Source: Azolla caroliniana (taxonomy: Eukaryota > Plantae > Polypodiophyta). Taken from it: a stretch of 64,000 bases of DNA. Shown here piece by piece: positions 11,501 through 22,206 of the stretch (positions are counted from its first letter, which is position 1; each line of letters opens with the position of its first letter). The stretch covers positions 15,314,001 through 15,378,000 of the forward strand of contig JBHGNT010000014.1 of assembly GCA_043228905.1 (NCBI GenBank). Direction: 5' to 3'. Made by a program: the position numbers and the translations under genes. The notes under the pieces are model-generated. The model worked only from the letters and a program-made list of their open reading frames with translations, did no database searches and was not told the DNA's origin.

Positions 11501-12147
11501 ACAACTAAATAACTGTTAAACACAGTGCTCGGCCACAACCGAGGAATAGGATCAACTCACAGAAACAAAATGCACGACGACAATAGAGAGAAGAGTACAC
11601 AGGATGTTTTACGTGGAAAACCCTAAATGGGAAAAACCACGGGAGTCCTCAAACTCCAACTATCACTATGAACAGAGATGTACAATGGTGAAGCTACAAG
11701 GCAACAACCTTGAGCTCACTGTCTTCGCCACAGTCGGCGGTAATACACAGAGGCAACGACCTCTTCGTCTCTCACTCTCTCTCACTCTCGGCTGCTCTCT
11801 TCACTCCCTCTCAGTGAAAACAGAAAATATAAGCAACAACGACAACTGTTTGCCCTAAGTCATATTTATACACATATGACTTTCGGGCTATTTACAAATA
11901 TAGCCTCAAGGGCCCTTGGCAAACATATTCACAAATATGTCCCCGCATCCGGATCTCTCTCCGGGTACATTCATCATCCGGCTCCGTAGCCGGGGTCTTC
12001 ATCATCCGGCTCCGTAGCCGGGTACTCTTCATCCGGCTTCATGCCGGGTACTCTTCATCCTCCGGTTCCGTAACCGCAACCGGGCTTGTCGTCATTCATC
12101 TCCGGACATCCCATCCGGAGGGACCGAAATCCCAACAAACTCCCCCT

Positions 12148-13896
12148 TCACTTCGGCATGGGATGTCTCTCCAATCCAATCCTCTTCCGGCATGCTTCCA
12201 GCTTGTCGGGTGTGAGCACCTTGGTCAGCATATCCGATCCGTTCTCGTCCGTGTGGATCTTCGTCAGCACGAACTCCTTGTCTTCTATCCTTTCCCGGAT
12301 CCAGTGGTATCTATGCTGGATGTGTTTCGTCCGGGAATGGTAGGCCGCGTTCTTCGCAAGGTGGATGGCACTCTGACTATCGCTGTAGAGCCGGTACTCC
12401 TCCTGCCGGATACCGAGCTCTCTAATGAAGTCCTTCATCCATATTATTTCCTTGCCGGCTTCAACAGCCGCCATGTACTCCGCCTCCGTGGTTGACAACG
12501 CAACCGTCTTTTGCAACCTCGACTGCCACGAAACGGCTCCCCCTGCATATGTCATTACATACCCAGATGTAGACCGGCTGGTATCCGCATCAGCCGACAT
12601 GTCTGAATCGGTAAATCCATCGAGTTCGGGCTTACCGGAGCCGAATCGGAGGCACATGTTCGAAGTGCCCTTTAAGTATCGGAGTATCCATTTGACCGCG
12701 TTCCAGTGCTCCTTGCCGGGATTACTCATATACCGGCTCACCACTCCGACTGCGTATCCAATGTCCGGTCGGGTACACACCATTGCGTACATCAAGCTCC
12801 CGACGGCAGAGGCATATGGTATCTTCATCATATCCTCCTTTTCAACTTTTGTCTTGGGACTTTGCTTGCCGGATAACTTGCAGTTTGCCGGGAGGGTCGA
12901 TCCGACCGGTCTTGCTTCCGACATGTTGAACCGATGAAGCACCTTTGTCACGTACTTCTCCTGTGACAGCCACAACTGCTTCTTCTTCCGGTCCCGGATG
13001 ATGTGCATCCCTAGTATTTGCCTCGCCGGACCCAGGTCCTTCATTGAGAAGGTTCGGTGAAGCGCTTTCTTCAGCATCCGTATCTTGACCTGGTCCCGTC
13101 CGACGATCAACATGTCGTCCACGTACAGGAGGAGTATTAGAAAGTCTCCTCCTTCGAACTTCTTCACAAACACGCAGTGATCGGACTGCGTTTTGTGGTA
13201 CCCTTCGTTGGTCATGAAAGAGTCGAACTTCCGGTACCATTGCCGGGGAGCCTGCTTCAGTCCGTAAAGGCTCTTCTTCAACCGGCATACCAGGTGCTCC
13301 TTCCCTTTCTTCTCGAATCCTTCCGGTTGCTGCATGTAGATTTCTTCTTCGAGGTCACCGTGAAGGAATGCCGTCTTCACGTCCATCTGTTCTACCTCGA
13401 GGTCCATGCTTGCCGCTATGCTCAGCACCGTCCGGATGGAGGTCATCTTCACTACCGGGGCAAATATTTCGTCGAAGTCGACGCCCTTCTTCTGCTGGAA
13501 CCCCTTCACCACGATCCTGGCTTTGTATCTCGGGGGGTTTCCGGCATCTCCCAGTTTCAGCTTGAACACCCACTTGTTTCGAAGTGCCCGCTTTCCTTTC
13601 GGCAACTCCACAAGTTCATATGTGTGGTTCTCATGCAGGGAATCCATCTCCTCCTGCATGGCACTTAACCACCTGCGGCTATGGGTGTCAAGCTTTGCTT
13701 CTTCAAAACTCTCTGGCTCCCCCTCGTCGGTTAGCAACACGTGCTCTGGTTCCGGAAATCTCCGGGGGGCCCTTCTCTCTCTTAGAGGATATCTCCGTTC
13801 CGGAGCTTCGGTAACCGGCTCCTCCGTTTCCTCTTCATCCGAACCGGCCGGTTCCGGTATCAGTTTCATCTTCCTCGGCCGGTTCTGTTTCTTCAC
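12148..13896 (-). CDS. Copia RT-RNase H, separated from the upstream ORF by one frameshift
   Basis: YKARIVVKGF, QMDVKTAFLHG, SLYGLKQAPRQW, LLYVDDML, DSDM and SSTTEAEY-like motifs. Confidence 0.92.
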   Translation of the reverse strand: MKKQNRPRKMKLIPEPAGSDEEETEEPVTEAPERRYPLRERRAPRRFPEPEHVLLTDEGEPESFEEAKLDTHSRRWLSAMQEEMDSLHENHTYELVELPKGKRALRNKWVFKLKLGDAGNPPRYKARIVVKGFQQKKGVDFDEIFAPVVKMTSIRTVLSIAASMDLEVEQMDVKTAFLHGDLEEEIYMQQPEGFEKKGKEHLVCRLKKSLYGLKQAPRQWYRKFDSFMTNEGYHKTQSDHCVFVKKFEGGDFLILLLYVDDMLIVGRDQVKIRMLKKALHRTFSMKDLGPARQILGMHIIRDRKKKQLWLSQEKYVTKVLHRFNMSEARPVGSTLPANCKLSGKQSPKTKVEKEDMMKIPYASAVGSLMYAMVCTRPDIGYAVGVVSRYMSNPGKEHWNAVKWILRYLKGTSNMCLRFGSGKPELDGFTDSDMSADADTSRSTSGYVMTYAGGAVSWQSRLQKTVALSTTEAEYMAAVEAGKEIIWMKDFIRELGIRQEEYRLYSDSQSAIHLAKNAAYHSRTKHIQHRYHWIRERIEDKEFVLTKIHTDENGSDMLTKVLTPDKLEACRKRIGLERHPMPK

Positions 13897-16189
13897 CGTC
13901 TTCGGCCGGATCCTCGAGTGCTAACCGGTCCCTTGCCGGTCGGGACTGCTCCTCGTAGAGTTGATCCTCACCGGTCGACTTGGAGCTCTTCATCTTCTTT
14001 TCCGACTCCCAGTCCGCGAGTGTCTTGTCCTCCATGAAGATGATATCACGACTCCGGAATATCTTCTTGTCGACCGGGTCCCATACTCGGTAGCCGAACT
14101 CGTCATCGCCGTAACCGAGGAATATGCATGGCCGGGTCTTTGGATCTAACTTTCCTCTCCGGTCCTTTGCCACATGCACATATGCGAGACACCCAAACAC
14201 CTTCAGATGCCGGTAGGATACTTCCCTGCCGGTCCACACTCTCTGCGGCGTGTCTCCGTCCAAAGGTACTGAGGGTGATCTGTTTATCACGTATGTCGCC
14301 GTCGACATTGCCTCAGCCCAAAACCCCTTGGGTAATTTCGCATGCGCTAGCATACTCCGGACCCTCTCCATTATGGTCCGGTTCATCCTCTCGGCCAGCC
14401 CGTTCAGTTCCGGCGTCTTCGGCACAGTAAACTCGAGCCGGATTCCCTTCGAGCGATAGTACTCCGCGAACTGCCCCCGGTATTCCCCTCCGTTATCCGC
14501 TCGTATCGCTTTCAGCTTCTTGTCGGATTCCCTTTCCACTCTCGCGTGGAGTTCTTTGAAGACGGACAATACTTGGTCCTTTGTCTTCAACGGTGCCGTC
14601 CACAGCTTCCGGCTATGGTCATCTATGAATGTTACGAAGTACTGGGCTCCGCCATGTGACTTCGTTTCTACCTGACACACGTCAGTGTGCACCAACTCCA
14701 ATGGTGCGCTCCGTCTCGTCGGTGGCCTTGGGTGGAAGGAGGTTCGGTTCTGCTTACTGGCCAGGCAATTGGTGCACTTCTCCAGGTGCACATGCTTCAC
14801 TGGAATAAGTTTGTCTTCTGCAAGCCTCTTCATCCCCTTCTCACTCATGTGGCACAGTCTCTTGTGCCACAGCTCACCGGCAGTGTCGGCTGCCACGTTC
14901 AACTCCTCCGGACACAACCGGGCATTCATAAGGTACAGTGTGTTGACTTTCCGGGCCCGAGCCACTATCAGGCTCCCCTTGCTGAACTTCATTACGCTGT
15001 TCCGGATGCTACCTGTGTAGCCTTCATCGTCTAGCCTCCCGGCCGAAATCAGGTTCAATCGAACCTCCGGAACGTGTCGGACATCCTTCAGCAGCATCTT
15101 GCATCCGGTTGATGTCATCGGCCACACGTCTCCTATGCCGGAAATCCGGCATGTACCTTCATTTCCCATCCGGACACAGCCGTGCTCACCGGCTGTGTAG
15201 GATGAGAAGTATTTCTTCTCCGGGGTCAGGTGGAACGACGCTCCGGAATCGACCACCCAGGTCATCTCTTCACCGGCAAGGTTCAGCTCCCTCTCTTCGG
15301 TAATGAGCATTATCTCTTCTTCACTTGCCGCGAGTGCCATCGTTCCTTTCTGGTCCTGCCCTCGCCGATCCGGACCTCTCCGGTCCGTGGCTCCCCGGTA
15401 TGCACCGTTTCGCTCCGATGACTTCTTCGAATCGGTACCGTCGGTTCCGTTGTCTTTCCGGAAATGCCGACAGTTCTTCTGGAAGTGCCCCGGCTTCCCA
15501 CAGTAGAAGCATGTAGGTCTTCCCCTCGACTGCGACCGTGTCCCTGACTTCTCCCGTCTTTGCGGACTCCGGTTCCGTTGTCTTCCCCGTTCCGATTCGG
15601 TAAGCAGCGCCTTCGAGTCGGAGGCCGGTTCTTTATCTCTCCGACACGCTTCTTCATTTAGAATACTTGTCTTTACCGTTTGTAAAGACAAGTTCTCTTC
15701 CTTACAGGAGGTGCTGAGAGTAACTACCAAGTTCTCCCAGCTCTCCGGAAGGGTACACATCAGCATGATGGCTTGCATTGCGTCATCCAACTGGAACTTG
15801 ATCGCCGCAAGCTGGTTCACGAATCCCATGAACGTGCTGACGTGTTCGACCATGCTCTCGCCGTCCCGGTACTTAAGATTCACTATCTTCCTCATCAGGG
15901 AGGTCCGGGTCAGAGCATTCTTCCTCTCATACAGTCCGGACAGCTTCTGCCACATCTCATAGGCATTCATATCATTCGCCAGATGTTGCAGGACACTTAC
16001 ATCGACATATTGCCGGATCGTCGCTATGGCTTTCCGGTTCAGGAGCTTCCACTCCGACTCTATTGCATTGTCGATCGGTTCGTACAGGTCTCGGACGATG
16101 AGAAGGTCTTCCATCTTTATCTTCCAGTCGGCGTAGTTCTGTGAGTTCAACACCATCATGCCCGGAGGCCCACTACCGCCGCCTTCCAT
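13835..16189 (-). CDS. Copia Gag-protease-integrase
   Basis: 784-aa ORF with CFYCGKPGHFQKNC, WVVDSGASFH, WHKRLCH..C..C, HTDVC, DNGGEY and NGLAERMNRT. Confidence 0.92.
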   Translation of the reverse strand: MEGGGSGPPGMMVLNSQNYADWKIKMEDLLIVRDLYEPIDNAIESEWKLLNRKAIATIRQYVDVSVLQHLANDMNAYEMWQKLSGLYERKNALTRTSLMRKIVNLKYRDGESMVEHVSTFMGFVNQLAAIKFQLDDAMQAIMLMCTLPESWENLVVTLSTSCKEENLSLQTVKTSILNEEACRRDKEPASDSKALLTESERGRQRNRSPQRREKSGTRSQSRGRPTCFYCGKPGHFQKNCRHFRKDNGTDGTDSKKSSERNGAYRGATDRRGPDRRGQDQKGTMALAASEEEIMLITEERELNLAGEEMTWVVDSGASFHLTPEKKYFSSYTAGEHGCVRMGNEGTCRISGIGDVWPMTSTGCKMLLKDVRHVPEVRLNLISAGRLDDEGYTGSIRNSVMKFSKGSLIVARARKVNTLYLMNARLCPEELNVAADTAGELWHKRLCHMSEKGMKRLAEDKLIPVKHVHLEKCTNCLASKQNRTSFHPRPPTRRSAPLELVHTDVCQVETKSHGGAQYFVTFIDDHSRKLWTAPLKTKDQVLSVFKELHARVERESDKKLKAIRADNGGEYRGQFAEYYRSKGIRLEFTVPKTPELNGLAERMNRTIMERVRSMLAHAKLPKGFWAEAMSTATYVINRSPSVPLDGDTPQRVWTGREVSYRHLKVFGCLAYVHVAKDRRGKLDPKTRPCIFLGYGDDEFGYRVWDPVDKKIFRSRDIIFMEDKTLADWESEKKMKSSKSTGEDQLYEEQSRPARDRLALEDPAEDGEETEPAEEDETDTGTGRFG

Positions 16190-17628
16190 TTTCTGTGTTA
16201 CCGTCGCTCTGATACCACTTTGTTAAACACAGTGCTCGGCCACAACCGAGGAATAGGATCAACTCACAGAAACAAAATGCACGACGACAATAGAGAGAAG
16301 AGTACACAGGATGTTTTACGTGGAAAACCCTAAATGGGAAAAACCACGGGAGTCCTCAAACTCCAACTATCACTATGAACAGAGATGTACAATGGTGAAG
16401 CTACAAGGCAACAACCTTGAGCTCACTGTCTTCGCCACAGTCGGCGGTAATACACAGAGGCAACGACCTCTTCGTCTCTCACTCTCTCTCACTCTCGGCT
16501 GCTCTCTTCACTCCCTCTCAGTGAAAACAGAAAATATAAGCAACAACGACAACTGTTTGCCCTAAGTCATATTTATACACATATGACTTTCGGGCTATTT
16601 ACAAATATAGCCTCAAGGGCCCTTGGCAAACATATTCACAAATATGTCCCCGCATCCGGATCTCTCTCCGGGTACATTCATCATCCGGCTCCGTAGCCGG
16701 GTACTCTTCATCCGGCTTCATGCCGGGTACTCTTCATCCGGCTTCATGCCGGGTACTCTTCATCCTCCGGTTCCGTAACCGCAACCGGGCTTGTCGTCAT
16801 TCATCTCCGGACATCCCATCCGGAGGGACCGAAATCCCAACAATAACTACCACACTTTATACGGCTTAGCTAAGATGTAACTAATTAGCTACTACACTAT
16901 AGAGACAAGTAGCAATTTTAGTTGTCAGTTTTCTCCAGTCATCTAGGAGAGCTTTATTGCAATCCCCCAAACAGACTGCAGCAATGCGACATGCATATAG
17001 AAAACAAACGATATGGTATGTGTGTTGGCATGGTCATAGGTGTACCAACAGAGTAGCAATTTTGTCCTCTACGCCTAAGCTGCAAGCGATGCAATGTGCT
17101 TGAACATTCAATATATCATTGCATGGTTCTCATTCGTTCGGTAAGGGAGCAAGAATGTTGAGGTCCAATTCTTGTCTGCTCTTTACCATCCCCTCCACAA
17201 AATGTAGCTACTTCTTAAGGCAACTAACTACCTTTTCTTGACAAGAGTATTGTTCCTAGAATGCAACCGAGAAATTACCGATTTATCATTCCTTAATGAG
17301 GAAAATACAACAAGAAGAAATAATAATCATTAACTTACTTGGAGGTTCTCCAAATTGTAATCAACGACAACATTTACACCTAGAAGGTCCAGGTTCATTG
17401 AAAGAACCTGGATCTTTGTCTATAGTTGTATTTCCTGTTGGGGATCCAGCACCCCCTCAATTTCGAGCTCATGTTGAGAAACCTGTTCTAGATAATGCCT
17501 CACTAAGCATATTTTCATGTACAAGTTATTTATAACATGTTACATACTAGCAAAACAATAGCTACCTGAATCTTATTTCTGATTGTTGTCACTGCCAAAG
17601 TGACTTTGCTCTCCATCGCAACAACCAA

Positions 17629-17739
17629 TGTTGCTTTCGCCCTCACGTGTGAAATGAGGTGGGACTGCGGGGGCCCTGAACCAAGGAGCGTGAGAAAGAA
17701 GAGGGAGAGCGATTCATAGAAACACAGGGAGAGAGACGG
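17629..17739 (-). repeat. Partial LTR of the Phygy-like family, adjoining a same-family LTR
   Basis: Duplicate of 17746-17855. Confidence 0.7.
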
Positions 17740-20700
17740 TGTTGTGTTGTTACGCTCTCATGTGTGAAATGAGGCGGGACCGCGAGGTCCTGAACCAAGG
17801 AGCGTGAGAAAGAAGAGGGAGAGCGATGCATAGAAACATAGGGAGAGAGAGACGGGAACAGAAGATTCAATTACAACGCCAACAACGATTACAACCGTCA
17901 AACCGACAACAGACCCAAAACGGAGGTCCCACGCACACACACGGACGACACAGAGAACGCACGGTGGAGCCTCTACTAGAAGCACATGGGCTTACATGCA
18001 GCAGAGGCAACCGACACAGAAACATAGTGGAGAGCAACGGTTGAGGAGGAGAGAGCTCGGTTCACAATCCGACAACACTTCGTCCTCGCCAAAACGCAAT
18101 AGTTTCTTCTTCTTCTCCCCTCCCTTTTATAGGTCGCCGAGGAGGCCGTTAAATCAAACAGACCAACTTTATTCTCTATCCTTTCGGACAGAGATACACA
18201 TCGATTCCCTAGACAATTAATACCCTTCCTAGTACATATGTACATCAGTCGATCTATTCCTAGCTATGTACAATTCATAAACACACACACACACACGAAA
18301 ATGATTGGGTCACGCCTGCTCCTCTTGATTCCTCCTAGGGCGGTTTTCTCCACGACATCCACCCCCAGCAAACCGCACGTCCACCGGTATATGCCAGGTA
18401 GGAACAACCTTAGCGGAAACCGGCCCTAGTTCACTCGCCGTTTTCCAAACCCTCACCTTCCCCGATTCGGGCGTCGCCGCCGCCATCACTCACCGGGTCC
18501 GGTTCATCCTTGTGTCGCTTCTTGAACATCTTGACCCTCTTGCCGGCCACCGGTACCACTATCCGCGTCCCATCGAGCTCCGCGAGATGATACGTGTCGT
18601 TGTCATTCGCGCTTGTCACCTTGTAGGGCCAGAACCATCTCCTCGCAAACTTACGCACTACCTTGTGCTTATTATCAAGGCTACTGTCGTACACCAACAC
18701 CCAGTCACCTTCCTCAATCTTCTTCGGTCTCAGCCGGTGTGTTCGGTCAAACCGGCCTTTGTTCCTTTCACACGCCGTACGCAGCTTCGCCATCGCCTAC
18801 TCCACTTCCTCCGGTCGTCTCTCAAGCTGCCAAATCCACGCCGCCAACAACTCTTCCTGACTCATCTTGTCCTTCCAATCCACCGCGACCCACGAAATGA
18901 TCGTCCGTTCTACCAACATAATCGGTTTTTGCCCGTACATCAACTCCGCCGGCATGAACCCTGTCACCGAACTGTGCATAGTCCGGTCCGCCCACATCGC
19001 GTAGGGTAGAAGCCGTGGCCAATTCCCAACTTGCCCTTCACACACTCGTACCAAAGCCTTCACGATCGGTCCGTGTCCGCGTTCTACCTTCCCATTTGCC
19101 TCTGGATTTTACGCCATAGTGAGGGAGAGCTTGACCCCTAACCAGTCAAACAACTCCTCAACTTCCTGCGCATCCAGCTCTCCCCAATCCGCCACGATTT
19201 TCCCTACGCATCCGTATCGGCACACTACCTCTTCGATTAGGAACCGGCACACCACCATAGTCCTTTTGTTCGTCAGTGCGTGGCCTTCTACTTGGTTCGT
19301 TAAATCTTCCTGCGCAAGCACCAGATGCCGCATCTGCCCTACCCCCATCGGCATTGTCACTAAGTTCACCATCCATTTGAAGTGGATGGTCGGCAGGTAG
19401 GTTGGGTGCAACTCGTCTCGATGCCGGATCGCGGAGTGCATCTGACAGTTTTCACACGTCGTCACGAACTGGTACACATCCCGGTACAGCCCCGGCCACC
19501 AATACTTCTCTTTCAGTTTCTCGAACGTGGCCCAGGTTCCGCGGTGACCGGCCCAAGGACTCTCGTGGTACGATGTTAACAACTTGTCCTGCTCGTCCTT
19601 TCTCGCCACTACACGGAGTGGAACACCGCCTCACTTCTTTGGGAGCCTCCATATGTACCCGTCCTGTACGAAGAACTGGTAAGATTTCTTTCAGATCCGG
19701 TTAGCCTCTTCCTTTGTCCACGTTGCGTCTGGTGTCATTGTCTCCTACCGATCTGGAGCCACTCCCCGTCATACTCACCTTCGTGAAATTCATTAAGCGC
19801 CGAAGGCCTCCTCTCCCTCGTTATGTATGCCGTCTCGAAGAAGTCTACGCCAACTTCCACGTCCTCCGAAACCATGTCGTCCTCGTCGTCGAACTGTGCT
19901 CTCGAAAGCATGTCAGCCATGGTGTTGTCCTTCCCGGAGATGTGCCATATCTCCGGATTTAGGGACTTCATGTACGCAATCCACCTGAGCATTGCCAGGT
20001 CCGGAGTAGCGCATTAGGAAATCATACCGAGAATCGGTAGGCAGTCTGTCTCGATTATTACCTCCGTCCCTATAAGATAATCTTTGTCGGCCTTGACCGC
20101 CGAAACGATACCCCATAGTTCGCGTTTAACTTGTGTGTATCCTCGCTGTCACTCACTGAGAACCTTCGCCCCGAACCGGATCGGGAACCGCGCGCCGCTC
20201 TCATCCTCCTGATTGATCACCCATCTGATCCCGGTCGAGCTTGTGTCAACGGTTACATAGATGGGGATCTCCTTGCCATAAACCGCCTTCCTGAGAACCG
20301 GTGTTGTGGTAAGCGCCTCCTTCAGTCTCCAGACCGACTCCGTATGCTCCTTCTCGCATTCAAATTTGCGCCCCTTCTTTAGCAACCCATAAAGTGGTTC
20401 CGCGACGTGTGCGTAGTGCGGAATCCAGATGTGGTAGAACGCGCACGCACCCAGGAACCTCCGCACCTCCCTAACCGACTTGCACTCTTCCTTAATTACG
20501 GAGATGGCTTCTATCTTTGCCGGAGACGATTTCCAGCCGTAGGGCCCGCACAAGTGACCGACCACTAGGATCTCTGATTAGCCGAACGTTGATTTCTCCC
20601 CTGAGAAGGTGAGCTGCGCGTCCTCCAGCCTTTGCAGCACCTTCTCGCAGTCATCAATGTGGTCCGCAACGAACCTCAGGCATTCGTCCGACCCAACCGC

Positions 20701-21299
20701 CTCGTCCTTATCCTCCACCGGACATCCTTTGATCGGGATGTCGTCCAGGAATGGCATGGTGATGTCCGAGATGCAGTCCCTCAGCACCTTGTTCATCGCA
20801 TTCACCATGTGCGCCACCGAGTTTGTCCCTCCTTGCGGTAGGGTACACATCCGCACTAAGACGAGAGGGGTCCGCATCGTCATGATATCCTTGCTCTCCA
20901 CGGCTAGTTCGAACTGATCGTACCCCGAGTACAGATCACCGATTGAATAGATTGACCTTTTGGCGAAGGCTTCCGCGAACTCGTCTATCGTCAGTCCGAT
21001 ACCTGCATTACAAATGGTCACCCTGTTGACCGGTTGCAGGTCCTGAATGAAGCGCAGCGTGCCGTTCTTCTTTGGCACGGTAAACCACCGATTCGAATAT
21101 GGGGCGTTCGACGGTTCAAGGATGCCCATCTCCACCTTCTGCTTCAGTAGCTCCATCAACTTCAGGATGTGAACTCAGGGTATTGGAATCGGCTTCAGAT
21201 TCTACAACACGTGTGGCACCGTGAATATCATCATCGGCTCCACGATCGTTGGGTCTACGCACCCAATCTCCTCCGGCGAGAATGCGAAGGCTTTCCCGT
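17740..21299 (-). mobile_element. Phygy-like non-chromovirus gypsy element, 5'-truncated and decayed
   Basis: 3' LTR at 17740-18357 (ends CCACGACA) with PPT at 18358-18367. Pol fragments include RT (DLYSGYDQ, LPQGGTNS, FLDDIPIKG), RNase H and integrase (HESPWAGHRG...CENC). Confidence 0.88.
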
Positions 21300-22004
21300 T
21301 TTCGTGAAGATTTCCGGCTATATTGTGAAACTGGGGTGGAATAGGACAAGTCGGCGGTGTGCAACACTTTGTCGCGAAGATTCGCGCGTGCGTGTGCTAC
21401 TCGAGTGACCACCGGGGTCTTGGACTGGGGAGGACGTTTGCGGAATTATCAAAGAGATGACTATCAATGTAAGATTTGATGAAATTTGTTCACTTGAGAA
21501 GAAGAAGGATTGTACACTTCAGAAGTAGAAAAATATGAAGAAGATAAAGAAGAATATAATTATATTGATGATAGTGGTGTTGGTGATATCACATATTGAG
21601 CTCCCTTTACACAAGTTCAAGTAGAGGCTTTTATAGGTCTTTCCATGCTTGTGACATGCACAAAACCATGGGCTAAAACCATGGTTTTGTGCACACGGTT
21701 TTGCTTATGTCATGCACAAACCATGGGTTTAGAACCATGGTTTTGTGCACACGGTTTTCTAATGGTTGTTTCATCTATAATTCATATATGAAAAGTAAAT
21801 ACATAAAATCTACACTATATGATAGTTGTCCTAGTGGTAAGGTAATTATCTTGTATCTTAGAGGTGCAAGGTTCAAACTTTGCTTGCACCCCTCTGTATG
21901 AACTCAAGTGCCACTAGGCCTTAGGAGGTTTATGTGCAATGTTGCACATCCTTGGTTTATTCGTCTCACTCGGTTTCACACCATAGTCGAAAATCGTCAC
22001 GACA
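21300..22004 (-). mobile_element. Probable solo LTR related to the LTR at 43280-44299
   Basis: Termini t(t)tcgtgaagat...tcacgaca. Shared blocks cggggt.tggactg and gaggtgcaagg...cttgcac. Possible 4-bp TSD CCGT/TCGT. Confidence 0.6.
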
Positions 22005-22206
22005 TCGTGCACATGTATAGTAGGAAAATGTTGTATAGAATAAGGGCGATTTGGTAGCTCGATCTAGCCCATTCACCTCATTGTGATCGTGTGTTGTGCT
22101 CCACGCCGACGACCAAGAACCGGCTCATCGCTATCGTAGCTTCGCTACATAGCACGCATTCGAAGAGAGAAGAAGAAGAAGAAGAATCGACACAATAAAT
22201 ACTCAA

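Larger units (their letters stand above)
11514..16842 (-). mobile_element. Full-length, very young Ty1/copia (Tork/Tnt1-like) LTR retrotransposon
   Basis: LTRs at 11514-12137 and 16221-16842. TSD ATAAC at 11509-11513 and 16843-16847. tRNA-iMet PBS TGGTATCAGAGC at 16206-16217. PPT at 12138-12150. Confidence 0.97.

Noticed and set aside
12086-16144. Many plus-strand ORFs over the copia element, and similar antisense ORFs over other elements
   Set aside because: They are shadows of GC-rich retrotransposon coding sequence with no recognisable motifs.
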